The position numbers and the translations under genes are program-made. From NCBI GenBank assembly GCA_000004985.1, contig GG739618.1: a stretch of 1,013 nucleotides of DNA. One strand, given 5' to 3'. This DNA comes from Naegleria gruberi (taxonomy: Eukaryota). This document shows positions 1-1,013 of this stretch, in pieces. The notes under the pieces are model-generated. The model was not told where the DNA came from. It saw only the letters and a list, made by a program, of their open reading frames with translations, and ran no database searches. Position 1 is the first letter of the stretch. Each line of letters starts with the position of its first letter.

Positions 1-43
1 GTGAAAACGTAGCTACGCGATACATTCATTGATTATGCAATTA

Positions 44-77
44 CGGAACCGTCTGAATCGCAGCCGTTCGGGAGTTG
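44..77. repeat. Conserved 34-bp core motif, copy 1 (CGGAACCGTCTGAATCGCAGCCGTTCGGGAGTTG)
   Basis: 33/34 identical to 342-375; the only difference is C49 versus T347. Identity stops abruptly at both edges (41-43 vs 339-341 and 78-81 vs 376-379 do not match). Contains an internal 9-bp-period duplication, GAAYCG-TCT-GAATCG. Confidence 0.9.
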
Positions 78-111
78 GGTACCTCAAAAAATTGATATTA
101 TTATATATCAT

Positions 112-136
112 TGTATAGTCAAATAACTATTATATC
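112..136. repeat. Collinear homology block TGTATAGTC...ACTAT..ATATC, copy 1
   Basis: TGTATAGTC (112-120) is identical to 976-984. ACTAT (126-130) matches 990-994, and ATATC (132-136) matches 998-1002. The block lies about 35 bp after the core copy, as its partner does. Confidence 0.6.
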
Positions 137-147
137 AAAAATGGCTA

Positions 148-169
148 GAACCCAGCCGTTCAAAAGTTG
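148..169. repeat. Partial, variant copy of the core motif (GAACC-CAGCCGTTCAAAAGTTG)
   Basis: GAACC (148-152) matches core positions 46-50, and CAGCCGTTC...AGTTG (153-169) matches 61-77 apart from GGG->AAA. The 10 bp GTCTGAATCG of the core is missing. That gives 19/22 aligned bases identical, with one 10-bp gap. Confidence 0.6.
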
Positions 170-185
170 ACAATGATTTTTATGA

Positions 186-211
186 ATATATATCTATCTA
201 TTATCTATATA
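186..211. repeat. TA/TATC-type low-complexity stretch
   Basis: ATATATATCTATCTATTATCTATATA consists only of short TA and TATC iterations. It sits in the most AT-rich part of the window: line 181-240 has 9 G+C out of 60. Confidence 0.6.
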
Positions 212-252
212 ACCTTTTGTAAAGATTTTATTTTATAGAAATTGATTTTTGA

Positions 253-279
253 GCATGTTTCAAAAACCCAAAAACATGC
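253..279. repeat. Small inverted repeat, 8-bp stem and 11-nt loop
   Basis: GCATGTTT (253-260) is the reverse complement of AAACATGC (272-279). The loop is CAAAAACCCAA. Confidence 0.6.
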
Positions 280-341
280 ACTTCGGGTCTCTGACTTCAT
301 GGTTGTCTATTTTCGGAACTGTTGAGAAGTAGTTCGTACAT

Positions 342-375
342 CGGAATCGTCTGAATCGCAGCCGTTCGGGAGTTG
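342..375. repeat. Conserved 34-bp core motif, copy 2 (CGGAATCGTCTGAATCGCAGCCGTTCGGGAGTTG)
   Basis: Direct repeat of 44-77 at an offset of 298 bp, 33/34 identical. Its 5' part (347-360) also pairs with an inverted partial copy at 393-406. Confidence 0.9.
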
Positions 376-406
376 TCATTTACTTCGTAACTTGCGATTC
401 AGGCGA
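347..406. repeat. Long imperfect inverted repeat (potential hairpin) formed by the core motif and an inverted partial copy
   Basis: 347-360 (TCGTCTGAATCGCA) pairs with 393-406 (TGCGATTCAGGCGA): 14 positions, with 13 Watson-Crick pairs plus one T350/G403 pair. The inner helix AGTT 371-374 / AACT 389-392 is also possible. No T-run follows on either strand. Confidence 0.7.
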
Positions 407-420
407 AAATAAATATCAAA

Positions 421-490
421 ATATGACACAACAGGGGTATTCATTTTTCACGACTTTTTTAGGGTGACTTATGGACCTGTTGTGTCATAT
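421..490. repeat. Perfect 15-bp inverted repeat with a 40-bp spacer
   Basis: ATATGACACAACAGG (421-435) is the exact reverse complement of CCTGTTGTGTCATAT (476-490). The pairing does not extend further on either side. Confidence 0.85.
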
Positions 491-538
491 AAACAATTTC
501 GTATTTTTTTTAGGAGGCCTGGAAAAAATTTTGGAACC

Positions 539-561
539 AAAAAAAAAGAAAAAAAGAAAAA
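539..561 (+). repeat. Purine/poly-A low-complexity tract (A9 G A7 G A5)
   Basis: 23 nt containing 21 A and 2 G. It is the source of the KKKKKRK run in the 471-692 ORF. The related unit has only an A10 run, at 740-749. Confidence 0.85.
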
Positions 562-596
562 TAATTATCGGATTGACTATAAACTCGAGGGGCCCA

Positions 597-692
597 GGAA
601 CTAGCAATATTTTATTTTCCCGAAATTCGCAAGTAAAATTTTCGATCGAAGGTTTTGCACTAATATTATTTATTTACAATAAACTGGATTAA
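597..692. repeat. Tail of repeat unit, diverged duplicate of 794-912
   Basis: Blocks shared in the same order: GGAACTA (597-603 vs 794-800); ATTCGCAAGTA vs AATCGCAGTA (625-635 vs 822-831); TTTTCG..GA.GGT (639-653 vs 838-848); AACTGGATTAA (682-692 vs 902-912). Offsets drift through 197, 199, 195 and 220, so there are indels between blocks. Confidence 0.55.
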
Positions 693-718
693 GAGAATCC
701 TCTGAATCGAAAGTCGGG
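682..718. repeat. Degenerate core-motif copy preceded by an 11-bp leader, AACTGGATTAA
   Basis: 695-709 (GAATCCTCTGAATCG) matches core 344-358 at 14/15. It is followed by AAAGTCGGG, which resembles CAGCCGTTCGGG with a deletion. The leader AACTGGATTAA (682-692) recurs exactly at 902-912. Confidence 0.6.
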
Positions 719-780
719 GTGAGAGAAAAATTTCGGGGGAAAAAAAAAATTTCAAAAGTATGGTTGTGTTATCAATATAA

Positions 781-795
781 CCCGACACTGTCGGG
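781..795. repeat. Small GC-rich hairpin, CCCGAC-ACT-GTCGGG
   Basis: Perfect 6-bp stem (781-786 / 790-795) with a 3-nt loop. No adjacent T-run, so it does not look like a terminator. Confidence 0.5.
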
Positions 796-912
796 AACTA
801 ATACAGCCCTACTTTTGCTTCAATCGCAGTATTTAACTTTTCGGAGGTGGTCATTTTTTAAATATCCAATTAAATTTGAGTATTCGGTATTAATTGTAAT
901 GAACTGGATTAA
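794..912. repeat. Tail of the next repeat unit, diverged duplicate of 597-692
   Basis: Same collinear blocks as listed for 597-692. Ungapped identity over the first ~42 bp is only about 50% by hand comparison. Confidence 0.55.
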
Positions 913-938
913 CAGGATCGTTTAAATCGCAAGTCGCG
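902..938. repeat. Degenerate core-motif copy preceded by the same 11-bp leader, AACTGGATTAA
   Basis: 902-912 is identical to 682-692, at an offset of 220 bp. 915-933 (GGATCGTTTAAATCGCAAG) aligns to core 343-361 with 2 mismatches and 2 single-base indels. Confidence 0.6.
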
Positions 939-943
939 ATCGC
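936..943. other. GCGATCGC octamer palindrome (same sequence as cyanobacterial HIP1)
   Basis: Exact GCGATCGC at 936-943. A second CGATCG-core palindrome, TTCGATCGAA (10 bp, perfect), lies at 641-650. A single HIP1 occurrence is only a weak taxonomic hint. Confidence 0.4.
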
Positions 944-975
944 CGATTTTTGTTCCTTTCATCAAACAAAGAAAA

Positions 976-1002
976 TGTATAGTCGGTTTACTATATAATA
1001 TC
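976..1002. repeat. Collinear homology block TGTATAGTC...ACTAT..ATATC, copy 2
   Basis: Matches 112-136 with a 9-bp exact seed plus two 5-bp exact blocks in the same order. Offset is about 864 bp. Confidence 0.6.
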
Positions 1003-1013
1003 CTTTATGAAGT

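Overview
This 1,013 bp window is AT-rich: I hand-counted 340 G+C (C=156, G=184), about 33.6% GC. I find no convincing protein-coding gene, tRNA, rRNA, CRISPR array or recognisable mobile-element gene. The two ORFs in the track (73 and 68 aa) look like chance reading frames through repetitive, low-complexity DNA. The window is instead a degenerate array of related non-coding units. Each unit opens with the same core motif, CGGAAYCGTCTGAATCGCAGCCGTTCGGGAGTTG. Copies at 44-77 and 342-375 are 33/34 identical, and weaker copies lie at 148-169, 695-718 and 915-938. Short collinear homology blocks follow the core in each unit. The first ~140 bp and last ~140 bp of the window are also homologous, which hints at a higher-order period of about 865-870 bp. 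On top of this there are several inverted repeats: an imperfect hairpin at 347-406 built from the core plus an inverted partial copy, a perfect 15-bp inverted repeat at 421-435/476-490, and small hairpins at 253-279 and 781-795. There are also homopolymer and purine tracts. CpG is over-represented (43 observed against about 28 expected, with GpC at 24), mostly as TCG. One GCGATCGC octamer, identical to the cyanobacterial HIP1 sequence, is present. The source organism cannot be determined from this window. The features fit either non-coding repeat DNA of an AT-rich, CpG-rich eukaryote such as a hymenopteran insect, or a repeat-rich intergenic region of a low-GC bacterium or cyanobacterium. I see no evidence of a protein-based system. 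The only candidate for something functional is the sharply conserved core motif and its hairpin, and that remains a hypothesis.
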